The notes below the pieces were generated by a model. That model had not been told where the DNA came from. It saw only the letters and a list, made by a program, of their open reading frames with translations, and made no database searches. A stretch of DNA of 63,805 nucleotides, the filler included, from Diploschistes diacapsis (Eukaryota), in NCBI GenBank assembly GCA_023645945.1. It is 22 parts of 22 records of this genome, joined end to end, with 100 filler letters (N's around TTAATTAATTAA, not from the genome) between each part and the next. Parts side by side here need not be neighbours in the genome. Positions count along the whole stretch, not along the records: positions 1 to 1,821 come from JALAIB010002584.1; positions 1,922 to 3,742 come from JALAIB010002585.1; positions 3,843 to 5,663 come from JALAIB010002586.1; positions 5,764 to 7,583 come from JALAIB010002587.1; positions 7,684 to 9,503 come from JALAIB010002588.1; positions 9,604 to 11,423 come from JALAIB010002589.1; positions 11,524 to 35,135 come from JALAIB010000259.1; 15 more parts are not named here. One strand, given 5' to 3'. Positions 1 through 12,770 of this stretch are shown in pieces (the stretch's first letter is position 1; the number at the start of each line of letters is the position of its first letter). The position numbers and the translations under genes were made by a program.

Positions 1-434
1 CCAATGGACCTTAAGACGCCTAGTATGCTAGATTACCATGCGAAGTAGCAAGGACAAGAGTTATCGCCCATAGAAAGTTGCAGGGGTAGAAAACCGGTTC
101 GTTGACACCAAATCTCACGCATTTGTAGATCGGTGATTCGCGCTACGGAGTGCATATGCATATGCAACGCAGGGTGTCTTACTTGGCGTTAACTCGATTT
201 CGAATGCGGCGTGCACCCCCGCAACGCCGAGCTGCAAGACCGGCGGTTCCTCTGCGTGAAGAAAAGTGAAAAATCAACTGCCTACCCTTATGCACAAAAC
301 AAAACAGGTAAGGATCGGTCAAAAAGAGGAAACGACAGTCTTCTGAGGGCCTTTGTTTTGATGTACTTTGGGCATTGCCTTTGGGAACGCGAAACTCCCC
401 ACCAAAGGAGACGGCGCAACCAGGCTCCAAAAGG

Positions 435-1341
435 TCACCAAGCATCGTCTGAAAGGTGGCCCTCGTGGTCGGCTTCGAGCTCGGCTTGAACACTTGCAAG
501 GACGATGCGCTTGACATCGGCAATGTCACCACTGCAGTCGCATGCTATGACGTCCCTCATCTCTTTCTGGTCAGGCGCCTCCAGGCACTCGACCTGGCTG
601 TGTACCATTCCTGCACCCATAAAGTGGCCTTGACGTGCAGCTACTCTGGCAAGAAGCACCTGCTCGGAGGTGTGAAGAAATATGAAATGGACCTGGAGTT
701 TATGGTTGTTGTATGCAGCAACCCGAATAACGTCCCGGTACTTGCGCTTCAGGGCCGAGCAGGTTACTACGACACCGGCCTGCGTTGGCGACTGTTCAAG
801 AGCGGCGACTGCCGCATCCCGCAGCGATATCAACCAGTCCCATCGGTCAACGTCCGTGAGCGGAATATTTTGGGCCATTTTTTGACGATTCGACACGCTA
901 TGATACTATGCGGACATTAGCTTCACCACTCTACGTAGCACCAGCGGGCTAGTGCTGGTTCTGAAATCCACAGCGACAAGCGTGGCGAAGACGCAGTAAA
1001 GCAGATGATAAGAATGATGGTTGAAAAGGCAATGGCGGCTGGTATGGAAAACCCAACGGGTAGAGGATGCCATAGCTTACATCGTCGCCCTCAATATACA
1101 GTGTCCCTAACTCATTAGCCAAGAAGGCCGCCACGGTGCTTTTCCCACAACCAGCCGGTCCAGTAACGATCCATATATGCTTGTGCAGATGACGATGTAA
1201 TTGGAAGGCTGCGGCTTGGGACGTGGACATTGTTGCTCTGGCTGGAGCACTGCTCATGACGGTGTTCATAGGTTTGTTGAATGAAGGGAATCCGGTAGAC
1301 ATTGTAGGAGAACGATCGGTCCTTCCATCTAGTGTAATCAT
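435..1341 (-). CDS. IDNK: Gluconokinase (GntK/IdnK family), 2 exons: 1341-1081 and 905-435, about 243 aa
   Basis: P-loop IVTGPAGCGKST, then IEGDD | intron (GTAAGC donor at 1080, CTAAT branch, TAG acceptor at 906) | YHSVSNRQKM, PLTDVDRWDWL, VTCSALKRKYRD, R.GHFM and SQ..LE.P motifs. Confidence 0.92.
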
Positions 1342-1821
1342 TTTGACGGCCACAACCCTGATATATTAAAGACAGAAAAGGTGAGGGAGCTAGTAGTCAC
1401 ACGACACTAGGAACCCCCCGGATGGTGACTAAGAAACGGAAGTTTGATGTTTGAGAGTGAAGAAGAAAGGACAAGAACAAGCAAGACGGGGAAGGGGAAG
1501 GGGAAGGAGAAGGAGAAGGGAAAGGGCAAGCGAATGGGAAATGGAGTAGGGTGTATTAACAACATGAGAAAAGCGGCAACAACAGCTGGAATACTAATAG
1601 CGGTTTGAGTGGGAGAGTGAGTAGGATTTTGAGTTGTTTTTCCTGTTCCTGACCTACGAATGACGATGCTCCTTCACCCACCGCATCGACCCCACACTAA
1701 GTTCCCCAGGAAAAAGGGAGGGAAGAGGGGGGAAGGGAGAGGAAGAGGATAGGATAGATAGGAGAGGAGAGGAGAGAGGGATATACTACTAGTATACTAC
1801 TAAATATCCAGCGAGTTAGCT

Positions 1822-1921
1822 NNNNNNNNNNNNNNNNNNNNNNNNNNNNNNNNNNNNNNNNNNNNTTAATTAATTAANNNNNNNNNNNNNNNNNNNNNNN
1901 NNNNNNNNNNNNNNNNNNNNN
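1822..1921. other. Artificial contig-joining spacer (44N-TTAATTAATTAA-44N), first of 21; the others start at 3743, 5664, 7584, 9504, 11424, 35136, 37052, 38968, 40883, 42797, 44711, 46624, 48536, 50448, 52360, 54271, 56179, 58087, 59995, 61902
   Basis: Identical 100-nt structure with a six-frame stop linker; short contigs fall in descending length order (1821 to about 1804 bp). Confidence 0.99.
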
Positions 1922-1946
1922 ATATTAACGATAATATAATTATTAT

Positions 1947-2196
1947 TAGGCTGACCGTCACGGACACTGACACGGCCGTGGTAGTGTCCGTGTTTTGAAA
2001 CTTTTAGCCGTAGTGTCCGTGTCCGTGTTTTTATTGTAATATAATGTCCGTGGAAATATTCGTGTTTTAAAAATTTTAATCGTAATGTCCGTGTCCGTGC
2101 TTTCACTACAGTGTAATGTCCGTGGAAGTGTCCGTGTCGAGAAAATTTTCGCGGTAGTGTCCGTGTTAGTAACCGTGGCACGCAACGGCCAGCCTA
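1947..2196 (+). mobile_element. Short copy of non-autonomous hAT-like TIR element (family A)
   Basis: TAGGCTGACCGT...ACGGCCAGCCTA termini, internal GTGTCC/ACACGG repeat arrays; no TSD match at this copy. Confidence 0.8.
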
Positions 2197-2267
2197 AAAT
2201 AAAACTCTTTCGTATTTTAAAAGCCTTAGAACCGGTAATGATCAAGATGCTTTAAAAAAGGATAAAT

Positions 2268-2883
2268 TAGGCTGGCCGTCACGGACACTGACACGGCCGT
2301 GGCAGTATCGGTGTTTTGAAATTTTCAGCCGTAGTGTCCGTGTCCGTGCTTTTATTACAATGTAGTATCCGTAAAAGTGTCCGTGTTTTAAAATTTATTA
2401 ATCGTAATGTCCGTGTCCGTGTTTTTATTATAATGTAGTATCCGTAGAAGTGTTCGTGTTTTAAAATTTTTAATCGTAATATCCGTGTTAATAAATTTAT
2501 TGCTGTGTCCGTGCATTTACCGAAACATTTTTAAATAATATTTATTTTTAATAATTTTAGAATTATCACGTTTATTTTTTACGCTTTTATTTTTTTATCG
2601 CGGTGTTTCGGTGGATTCACGGTAGTGTTTCGATGAATTCACTATAGTATAGTGTTCGTAGTAGTGTCGTGTTTTAAAATTTTTGGCGGTAGTATCCGTG
2701 GAAATGTTCGTGTTTTAAATTTTTTAGTCGTAGTGTCCGTGTCCGTGCTTTTATTATAATGTAATGTTCGTGGAAGTGTTCGTGTTTTAAAATTTTAGCG
2801 GTAGTGTCCGTGGTAGTGTCGTGTTTTAAAAATTTTCTCGGTAGTGTCCGTGGAAGTGTCCGTGGCACGAAACGGCCAGCCTA
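2268..2883 (+). mobile_element. Family A hAT-like non-autonomous element
   Basis: 12-bp TIR TAGGCTGGCCGT / ACGGCCAGCCTA; GTGTCC subterminal arrays; right flank is Copia linker sequence matching 52801 onward. Confidence 0.85.
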
Positions 2884-3304
2884 GTCTAACCAACGATCTA
2901 GTACCTAATATTAAAAATATTAATAACGAATTAATTACCCACGTCAATAACGGGTTAATTATTCACGTTAATAACGGGTTAATTACGCACGTTAAAAATA
3001 TATCAACGATAAAGACGAAGGTTTAATTAAATCATACTAAATATTTATCATTTGCTCCTATTAAGGATCACAGCACCCTAAGGGCCCTTATTTTTATTCC
3101 ATATGATCAACCCGAGCTAGATGATGGTAACCGACGGTTAATAAAGAGGTTCTTACGGGTTAAGGTTTTAAGGAAAAGAACTGAATTTAAAAATTGAACC
3201 TGAATTTATTAAACCGAATGTATTAAAGCCTATTACGTCAATAACGGGCGTTATATACGTTGATAATAATCCGATTACGCATATAATACCCGTTAACGCC
3301 ACGT
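2884..3304 (+). mobile_element. RIP-degraded Ty1/Copia integrase-RT linker with 24-bp tandem repeats
   Basis: Homologous to 51530-51950 and 52801-53300, which adjoin Copia integrase and RT. Confidence 0.7.
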
Positions 3305-3742
3305 TGTTACGATCCAAGTACCAGACTTGGCACGTCCCAGCTTTGTATATAGGTCAGTCACGGGACCAGGGGTCACGTGATGCGCTTACTGCTCGCGTTC
3401 ATTCTCGTAAGCGGCGAGTAAGCTTTCGCCATCGCTCGATAATCGCGTTTATTTTCGTAAACGGCGAGTCTCGAGAATATCGCTCGTTAAATTTACGATA
3501 AACGGCGAGCGAGTTAATTATATATAAACACGATTTTATCTTTATAAAAAAAAGCGTGTTTATTTTTATAAATATCTTTAATTATTATTTAGAATTAATT
3601 TATATTCGTTATTTTTATTATTAAAGAACCTTCTTTTTAAAGATAATTCAAAACCTATAATTATTTATCTTCTTCTCTTATTTACATTCTTCTTTTAATA
3701 AAGATTAAATTCATTTTAATCTTATTCGTGTATATCTTATAT
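3305..3742 (+). repeat. Gypsy LTR (family D), truncated by contig end
   Basis: TGTTACGATCCAAGTACCAGACTTGG start; near-identical to the LTR at 37915-38369. Confidence 0.85.
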
Positions 3743-4353
3743 NNNNNNNNNNNNNNNNNNNNNNNNNNNNNNNNNNNNNNNNNNNNTTAATTAATTAANN
3801 NNNNNNNNNNNNNNNNNNNNNNNNNNNNNNNNNNNNNNNNNNATACTAAATTTTCATTATTTACTTTTATCGAGGATCATAATATCCTAAAAGCCCCTAC
3901 TTCCACTCCATATAATCAACCTAAGCCAGATAATAGTAACCGACGGTTAATAAAGAGGTTCTTACGGGTTAAAATTTTAAAAAAAAGAACTAAACCTAAA
4001 TCTAAACCTAAATCTATTAAACCGAATACACCAAAACCTATTATGTCAATAACGGTCGTTATATACGTCATTAATAATCCGATTACGCATACAACACCCG
4101 TTAACGCCACGTTAATAACGTCTAATATACAAAATTCTTAAACAATATACGACATAAACGAAGTTTTAATAACTATAAACGTTTAAAACATTAAAAAATT
4201 ATATAGTACGAATTCCGTTATTAACAAACGATAACGAAATATCGAATACTTTTTATCAATTAAAACATTAAGGAATCATATAACGATTATAATAAATAAA
4301 TAAGAAATAATAAACGACGTTAGTTTAAAATCGACGCGTATTAATGCCCCAAA

Positions 4354-4615
4354 TGTTTGGTAACGTAATGGATATATTGAAGTCTAGAGGTCTTGTCCTA
4401 GGAAGCAATCCTACTATATAAACTTTTATACCCCACAGGATTCGCTAAACCTTATAATCTATACTATTCCTAATCGGTCTAGTTAGGATTTTATCGGAGT
4501 CTATAAGGTTCAACTAAATTAAATTAAACTAAACCTTAATATTCCCGGGTTCTTTTAATGAACATTCCGGAATAAGCCGAGTTTACAACCATACCTTCCG
4601 TCTACCTACTTAATA
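4354..4615 (-). repeat. Copia LTR (family E)
   Basis: Reverse complement matches solo LTR 41773-42052; TGTTTGG...(C/T)AA(C/T)A termini. Confidence 0.75.
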
Positions 4616-5040
4616 TTTTTTTATAGACGAAATCATCCAGCATATTAATTTATCTAAATATATTTTCGATTCAAACCGATTATTTTTAATAAAAACGTTA
4701 TATTTCGTAATATAACAACACTGTTCTAAGCGTCGTAATCCCGTTAACGACCATTTCGTAAATTTTACCTTACATAACCTTTTACTCCGATAATATAAAA
4801 AGAAAACATAACATATCCTAAACACAGAATATTAAAATCTAAAAATACTTTTTTAACTTTACTAACCGTCGGTCATTATCATCTAATTCGGGACGATTAT
4901 AAGAAGCAGGAACCCCTAAGGTACTATAACCTACTAAAGTTTTTAAATGGTAGGGTTTAGTATCTGAATAAAACATTTCTTTTTTAATTTCAATTCGTCG
5001 TCTTTAAATAAGAGTCCAATATCTAAACAGATAAGCTAAT

Positions 5041-5663
5041 TGTTTGGCAACGTAATGGATATATTGAAGTCTAGAGGTCTTATCCTATGATGATATCCTA
5101 CTGCGTAAACTTTTATACCCTACGAGTTCCGCTAAGCCTTATTACCAACATTACTCCCGATCGGGCTAGTCAGAGTCCCAGGAAATTCAACTGAACTGAA
5201 TCTCGGAATTCAACTGAACTGAACTCTCGACTAAAATTCAGTCGAATTCCCAGCTATATCTTTTACTTATCTGCTTAACATTCCCCTATAGGCGGAATCG
5301 TCCAGCATATTTATACAGTCTAATTAAATACCTTTTAAATTAGGTCGAGTCCCTTAATGAAAACGTCGTGTTTCGAATAGTTTAATAGTTTCGTAAATTC
5401 GTCAGCAACCATTTTATCGGTAAAAACATAAGATATCCTAATACGTCCTTGCTTGATAAGATCTCGTACGTAATGATAAATAATATCGACGTGCTTTAAA
5501 CGATCGTTGATCCTCGCGTGTTTTATTAAGTTTAAAGAATTAACATTATTACCGAATAGATTAATAGTATATAAAAATGGTCCTATAAGATTAAGATAGT
5601 TAATATTTTTTAAAAACTATAAATATTATAAAGCATATTTGGCGGCGTGAAATAAATTAATAT
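5041..5663 (-). mobile_element. Copia 3' end: RNase H remnant, PPT and 3' LTR (5041-5280)
   Basis: Minus-strand KHVDIIYHYVRDLIKQGRI...KMVADEFTK (Copia RNase H KHIDI / ADxxTK motifs), purine tract, then TGTTAAGCAG...CCAAACA LTR. Confidence 0.85.
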
Positions 5664-6099
5664 NNNNNNNNNNNNNNNNNNNNNNNNNNNNNNNNNNNNN
5701 NNNNNNNTTAATTAATTAANNNNNNNNNNNNNNNNNNNNNNNNNNNNNNNNNNNNNNNNNNNNTTACCGGTACCGATATATAAAAATAATTATCTATTAC
5801 GCATAAAGATCTTATACCTAAATTCTCGTCGCCATCCGGACTTCACAACATACATAAAAACGTACCGTATTCTTTTAAAATAATAACTTAGATTACCGAA
5901 CTTAAAGCAATCTCGGACGCATTAGTAAGAATAAGAAAATAAACGGATTTTATTATTATAAAAAAATAAATAAAGATTTTCTGATTTAAAACTAAAGATA
6001 TTTACTTTCGAGAATAGATCGCAAAAATAATCTTAACGTTAAAATAACATTTCTTTACAATTCGATCAGCAGAACAGGAACTTTATAATCCTATAAGAA

Positions 6100-7072
6100 A
6101 AAGCTTCTTCGGAACGATGATAAAAAAAAGGATAAACTACTAAAAGTAAGAAGATTTGCGCCTCCTCCGGACGAAAAAAAGGAAAGAAAAGAAGAAAAAA
6201 AATGATTTAACCCTCAACTTAAAGGATGTAGAATCCAAGAAGAAAAAAGAGAAAAAAAGCGGGAATAAGTGGGCAGCATAATGGGGAGAATGGATATCAG
6301 AAGATCCTAAAGGTTTATAATTATAATAAAATACTGTCTATTACTTACGCGGTTATTTACTTTATCTACTAATTTTATAATATTCTTGCTTTTCCGCCTA
6401 ATTTACTTATTTATTTTTTTCTATAATTTACTTGCTTACCTGCCTTTCTATATATATATCTATAATTAACTTCTTACTGATCGTGACGAGAGAAAGGAAG
6501 ATGAAAGAAAAGAAAGAAAACTATAGGACGTGTTACTAATTATACCTGTCGGGCGGAGCATTTACGGATAATATAAATACGATCAGAAATAAAAATATCT
6601 TTAAATAAACACCGTCTTTCTATCTAGCTATATTTGAAGAATGGAATATAAAAGGATAAATCCAGAAGCACGCTTACGTCGAAAAAAAAACATTAAGGAT
6701 AATAAGCTTTTAAATATTTTAATTGCCGGAAAATACAAAACTACATTAAGATAAAAAGATAGAGAGATAAATATTTCCCACTAATAAAATTTATATAAAG
6801 TTCGCTATAAAACAACGAACTATTAAAAAAAAGGTCGTATATAAACATAAAAGTAGGCCGTATATTTGATAAAGATGATCCCCACAGGGCAACTCCATTT
6901 AAGAAGCCTATTAAGTAGCTCTAAACAAAAAAGACATCCTACACCTCACAAATGCCCTACCTAGGTATACTATTGACTACGAGATCACACTACATTCCCC
7001 TACTACACCATCTACGACTACCTACCTACTACAGCAAGGGAAGTCTCCCTAGACAGCGCGCCTTGTGTTTAT
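6100..7072. repeat. Unclassified RIP-degraded repeat shared with about 9900-11106
   Basis: Collinear similarity between two contigs, ending at the shared motif AGCAAGGGAAGTCTCCCTAGACAGCGCGCCTTGTGTTTATA; no diagnostic domain recognised. Confidence 0.6.
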
Positions 7073-7683
7073 AATATTTGTTTAATCGATATATGAAAGT
7101 AAATAATCGTAATAAGATAATTATTTTTATAATTAATACCCGAAATAATAGTCCGTACATTTTTCGCCTTTAACGGACTTATAAGGATTGTAATAAGAAA
7201 GAAATTAAAACTTTCGCCGAAATAATTAGCTAGAAATTAATTATATTTATTAAGAAATAGGTCAATAACGAAACCTATTATAATTATTATAAGACGGGAC
7301 ATTTCGTTAGCAGCTGTCTTAAACGCGAACTTAAGTCGGGAAAAGAATAGTTTTTATATAAGCTCTAGATGAAGGATCTAACGAACAGATAAGCGACAAC
7401 GACGACGAATTGTTTTAATTATATGATTAAGCGATTATAAGAGCCTTAAAAGAAAAATTCTTAATGGCGCCTGCCTTTACGTCGAATGTAATATTAAATA
7501 GAAAACATAGGAGCTTTCGTATCCTAATATTAATTGACATGAGGATTAACGGAATATATTTTATCGATAAAGAATTTATCGAANNNNNNNNNNNNNNNNN
7601 NNNNNNNNNNNNNNNNNNNNNNNNNNNTTAATTAATTAANNNNNNNNNNNNNNNNNNNNNNNNNNNNNNNNNNNNNNNNNNNN

Positions 7684-8158
7684 ACGTAATACTAATTACG
7701 CATTTAAATCTATATTATAAAAATCAACAGACTTACTTTTTCCGATTAAACGTTACGAGCGAACGAATGACCTAAACTTATAAAATAACTTACAACGAAA
7801 TGATTATAATACGCAAGAAATTAAAACAATAAAAAAAAGCTTCTTAATACCCGTAAGAAACGTTTAAAAAGCAAAAAAATCGCGTTATAAAATAAATTCG
7901 TATTTATAACCGAGAAAGTATTACAAATAACGAAAAAAGTAGAATCAATAAACGCGATTAAAGGCGTTCAAAAACGACCATAAAAACGTCCAATTCAAAC
8001 AATTTTAAAGAATAATAAAGAAAAAAGACCAAACAACGAGTCTAATAACTCAGATTCAGATTATATAATAATTACAGCTCGTAAATAATATTTAAAGTTA
8101 AAAATAACCGAAAAAGTGGCCGGTTAAACGGGATGGCCGGTTACGCGAGAAGTTACGT
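7684..8158 (+). mobile_element. pogo/Fot1-like DNA transposon 3' end
   Basis: Lys/Arg-rich transposase tail remnant, TIR with internal direct repeat TGGCCGGTTA, ACGT terminus followed by TA. Confidence 0.6.
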
Positions 8159-8245
8159 TACACCAAAAGCTAAAATGCTAGATCTAGTTTCATCTATCGC
8201 GATAAAATACTACCTAAACGAATAGTCTAATAATAGTAGATCTAT

Positions 8246-8390
8246 GACACACCCACCTAGAGCGACGCTTTTACGAACAATATTCAGCTTTTCAACTGAA
8301 ATATCGACGACACACCCACCTAAAGCGACGTTTTTACGAACAATATTCAGCTTTATAGTTAAAGTATCTATAACACACCCACCTAGAACG
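8246..8390. repeat. Tandem repeat, about 63-bp unit, about 2.3 copies
   Basis: ACACACCCACCTAGAGCGACG...TTTACGAACAATATTCAGCTTT unit recurs. Confidence 0.8.
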
Positions 8391-8908
8391 ACGACATACT
8401 CATAGAACGACGAAAAGCTCCTGCAATCAAGCGACAAAAGATCGACTAATAAGAACACTCGATCTAATCTAATCAATTACGATGAAAGAGCTTGGGATCC
8501 TATACAAAATAAATACATCCTTTGAACCTTTCGAACCTTCATTTCATCAATATACAAACCTTCATTTCGCCATCTTTCGAAGAGCATCTGCCACTACTGC
8601 TACTACTACTACTGCTTTACGCCTAATAGGAGTTGCCTTTTTCAGTACTATTCGACTAATAGCACCTATGTACGACGCCGAAACTAGAAAGCGGTAAGAA
8701 ATACTGCCGAAGGAAGGAATAAGATCAACACGCGACGACGTGTCGGTACAGGTCCAAGCGTATAGAAGGAAAAGGGACTGGACTAGGCCGAAAAGAGTAT
8801 ACTAAAGCAGGGAAGGAGCAGATATCTAGGAGATGGGAATAGGGGTTTTGTTTTGTTTTTATTTTGTTTTGTTGCTAGGGGACAGCAATATCTTAAAGAA
8901 GGGGATAG

Positions 8909-9130
8909 TGGAACAGCCTAGCTGCTGTGGGTTCAGGGGATCTAGGGCTGGTAGGGCTGATCTGTGGTATTTATACTCGCCAACCTCCCACAGATAGTTT
9001 CTTCTTTAGCTTTTCGAATCGAGACCTTTTACCTGCAAATGCATAGCTACACGTAATATCACCAGATCAGGCTCAGCCCCTGGTAGTATAATGTCCTTTC
9101 CTGCGCTGGCGTTTCAAGACACGAGGTATC
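8909..9130 (+). repeat. Partial 3' LTR related to family H, preceded by a PPT and interrupted by another LTR
   Basis: AAAGAAGGGGATAG purine tract then TGGAACAGCC; shares the AGATAGTTTCTTCTT.AGCTTTTCGAATCGAGA block with 43852-44224 (opposite strand). Confidence 0.55.
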
Positions 9131-9503
9131 TGTTAGAATGACTAAGCCTAAAATAGGTTAGTCTAATTATTAATCTTCCGAAGGTTCTAAAACATTCTAG
9201 AACATTATTAAACATCATCAAAGATTGTTAAACATTCTACTTATTAGATCATTGGACATGATTTATAAACTATAAAAGATTCTAGATAGTTTTATTAGGT
9301 GAAATATGCCTATAAAAGGCCTCTCACTTCCCACCTCTATAGCTACCATCTTTGCCAATCATCAAGATCATCAATTAATAATTTAATTATTATTCATTGA
9401 TTATTCATCAAGGGCTAGGCAGACTAGGGACTATTCCCAGTTAAAACTAGCTTCAGACTATATTCTTAGCACCTATTTTAGGTACCCTGCACCAATTCCA
9501 ACA
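9131..9503 (+). repeat. LTR (family F), 373 bp
   Basis: TGTTAGAA...TTCCAACA inverted termini, internal CCTATAAAAGG TATA box; related partial copy at about 9650-9818. Confidence 0.7.
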
Positions 9504-11222
9504 NNNNNNNNNNNNNNNNNNNNNNNNNNNNNNNNNNNNNNNNNNNNTTAATTAATTAANNNNNNNNNNNNNNNNNNNNNNNNNNNNNNNNNNNNNNNNN
9601 NNNAATCCAACATTATCGGAGATTAAATGTATATTAATCATTAGGCGTTAGTTAGGTGAAATGTGTCTATAAAAGACCTCTCACCTCCCATCTTTACTAA
9701 CGCTATCTTCATCTTCATTCACTACCTCCTACAATAGTAATACACTACTATTGTACTTAGCATTATTTCCCTAGTCATTACTTGCCTATTTAGTCACCAC
9801 ACTTCCACTTTTCAACACTTTTAAAGGTTTTAAAGACTATTACATAATAATACGCTAAAGAGAGTACGCCGCGTTTCACGGTTAAGGTAAGAGCTTTTTT
9901 TTAGTTTTTATAAAAACGTAATTCGATTGCTAAGCGGTATTAAGGAGAGCGCCTCCTCCGGACGAGGAGGAGGAAAAAATGGAAAAAATGGAGGAGGAGG
10001 AGGAAGAGGAAGTGAAAGAGGAGGAAGAAGAGGAGGAAGGGGAAGAAGAGGAGGAGGAAGAGGAAGTGAAAGAGGAGGAAGAAGAGGAGGAAGGGGAAGA
10101 AGAGGAGGAAGAAGAGGAAGAATGGGTAACGTGAGGGGAAGAGTGGGTATTATAGGACCCTAGGGGCCTATAATTATGATAGAATAAAGTAGAATAGAAT
10201 CTATTTATTTATTTATATAGCCGTTCGGCTGTTTACTAGCTGATTAGTTTACTAGTTTTATAATAGGCTTGCTTCTCTATTTATTTATTTAGTATTTATT
10301 TGCATATTTATTTATTTATTTTTTTATATGATTGATTTTTCTGTTTTATGCTTTTTTGTTTATTTTATGTTTATGTATTGACCTGCTTGTTTGCTTCTTG
10401 TTTATTTGTTTGCTGCCGCTTGTCTGAGAAGTGTGGTCGGAGAAGAGATGGGAGAAAAAGGAGGGCGGCGGACGTGTTGTTTGATGTAACTGCCTAAAGG
10501 AATACCTATGGATGGGATAGATACAGCGGAAGTTGGAGATAGTTTTGGATAATTACCGCCCTACTGTTTAGCTGATAGAACGGAATATGGTATAGATACG
10601 ATAGAAGTTAAGGATATTTTTAGATAGTTACCGCCCTTCTGTCCTCGTCCTCGTGATTCGAGAGAATGGAATGTAAAGGATTAAGTTCAGCAGCGTTGTT
10701 ACGTTTAAGAGCACTATTATATCGAGGAGGAAGTATTGAAGAGGATAAGCTTCTAAATATTACCGTTGCTTGAAAGGTATAGAATTACGTTAAAATAAAA
10801 AGGTAGCGGGATTTAAGTTTTTTATTAATAAGATTTGTATAGAATTCGTTATAAGGCAGCGAACTATTGAGGAGGGGGTCGTATATAAATATAAAAATAG
10901 GTTATGGATTTGGTGAGGGGCGAGTCCTTTAGAACAGTTTTACATAAGGAGGTCTATTAGGTAGCTCTAGATAATCAATGCATCCTATATCTTACAAATG
11001 TCCTATCTAGGTATGCTGTTGATTACGAGATCATATTACATTCATTTACGACTATCTCCCTACTATAGCAAGGGAAGTCTCCCTAGACAGCGCGCCTTGT
11101 GTTTATAATAAGTACGAAAATAAAGTAAACTTTTCGAATATATAACGCTAACGTAAAAAAGAATGTTATTTTATCGGAAATTAAACTTGATCCGAAAGAA
11201 TTAAATATAGCTTAAGTATTTA

Positions 11223-11423
11223 ACGTGTTTGACGGTGAGTCCGGCCACCCCCAGAGTCCGGCCACCTCAAATCACTGTTTTTATCTTACATTCGATTTTT
11301 CTCAATAATGACTACCTCGCATCGCAATAATTCGATATTAATAGAATCTAATATCAACGACTGTTTACAGGTCCTAAAATTATAACAATATACTAGCATT
11401 CGAGAGGCTGCCCGCGCATTTAA
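11223..11423 (+). mobile_element. pogo/Fot1-like left end (family B) inserted at TA in a family H LTR fragment (about 11106-11222)
   Basis: TA|ACGTGTTTGACGGTGAGTCCGGCCACCCCCAGAGTCCGGCCACC, the same TIR as at 45131. Confidence 0.8.
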
Positions 11424-11523
11424 NNNNNNNNNNNNNNNNNNNNNNNNNNNNNNNNNNNNNNNNNNNNTTAATTAATTAANNNNNNNNNNNNNNNNNNNNN
11501 NNNNNNNNNNNNNNNNNNNNNNN

Positions 11524-12282
11524 GCCTTCCCCGTTCCCCGCTCCCTCTCCCTCCTCTCCCTCCCCTCGTCCCGCACGGCCGGCATCCACGCGCTCCTCGG
11601 CCTCGACCCACGCCCTCGCAAGCACGACAGCAGGCGCGTTCACGCGGCGCCGAAACGCAGCGCGAAACTCGAGCGTCGCGACGGGGCAGTGGCGCACGGG
11701 CGCGTACACATCCTCCTCCTCCTCCTCCTCCTCCTCCTCCTCCTCCTTCTCTGCGACCCCGTCTCCGCCCGTTTCGTCTGCAGCACACCCCCGGCGCCTT
11801 CCCCGCCGTTCGTTCCGCCCTGCTCCCTTTCCAGCATCATCAACAAGGCTCGCGTCGCTTCGCGCGCAGCAGCCGCCGCCGACGCGCAGCAGCGCGGCCA
11901 CGGCGCCCGCCGCGTCGAGCAGCGCCATCAGCAGGCCGCCCTGCACGACGCCGGGGCGCGGGCCGGCCAGCCCCGCGCCCAGCGAGTACAGCACCAGCCA
12001 CTCGGGCCGCGCGACGCCGTGCGCCGCGCACCGCCGCTGCCGCAGCGACTGCACGGCCCGGATCGTGCTCGGCGTCGCGAGGCTCGCGGAGAACAGGGCG
12101 TGCGCGCGCGGCTGCTGCTGCGCGCTTTCTTGGCACGCGGAGGACGGGGAGGATGGGGAGGAGGAGCGCGCGAGCGTCCGGTGCGCGGTGTGGTGCGGCG
12201 AGGACAGCAGCGCCCTGCACCACGCGTGCGCGCCGAAGTCCGAGAGGTGCTCGGTCGCGGCGGCGCACAAGGCCGGCGGCAT
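11524..12282 (-). CDS. PaaI/4HBT-like hotdog-fold thioesterase, 3'-truncated by contig end, with a low-complexity poly-Glu insert
   Basis: F..HAWCRALL N-terminus, LFSASLATPSTI, YSLGAGLAG..GVVQGGLLMALLD (family G..HGG....LLD motif), ATLEFRAAFRRRV.AP.VVLARAW; very GC-rich. Confidence 0.75.
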
Positions 12283-12770
12283 CGTGGCCGAGGAAGCGGG
12301 GCTCTGGTTTTCCGGGTTCGGGTTCTTGGCTGGCTCGGAGATTGCTCGTCGGCATGGATCGATCTGGATAGGACTGGACTGGACTGACTGGACTGGACGG
12401 CGGGCGGCGCGGCGGCGGGAACGCGGTGGAGGCTCCTCGACTTTGTATCATGTATTTCTACTGGTGTGATGGGCGAGTGCCCCGCAAACTCATCTTGGCG
12501 ACATCGGTGTATGCCGCAGGTTTAACATGCTGTATTTCTTTTCTTTCATGTGGTAAAAGTCTAGCGTGATTTTTATCCATTAACATCTTAAGCAATTTAA
12601 TCTAAATTTCTGCTGCTGTTGTACTAATATATAGGATGAATTGATTAGTAGCTATACCCTGATACCTTAATAATGTTGTAACCCCAACCAAAAATATTGG
12701 TCATGATATTTTGGATATATTATTTAACATTAAAATAACCCATGGTCTGGATCATGGGTCCGGGGTCCTA

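Noticed and set aside
1947..2883. CRISPR-like or telomeric array; ORFs with TDTDT/HGH repeats
   Set aside because: Eukaryotic context, no unique spacers, bounded by TIRs with TSDs in other copies; the ORFs are translations of the repeat
9927..10163. Gly/Arg-rich 78-aa ORF resembling an RGG protein
   Set aside because: Translation of a GGA/GAA microsatellite with an internal duplication inside a RIP-degraded repeat; TTG start
11468..12469. Several long overlapping ORFs on both strands
   Set aside because: Shadow frames caused by very high GC; only the frame starting at 12282 (-) has family motifs
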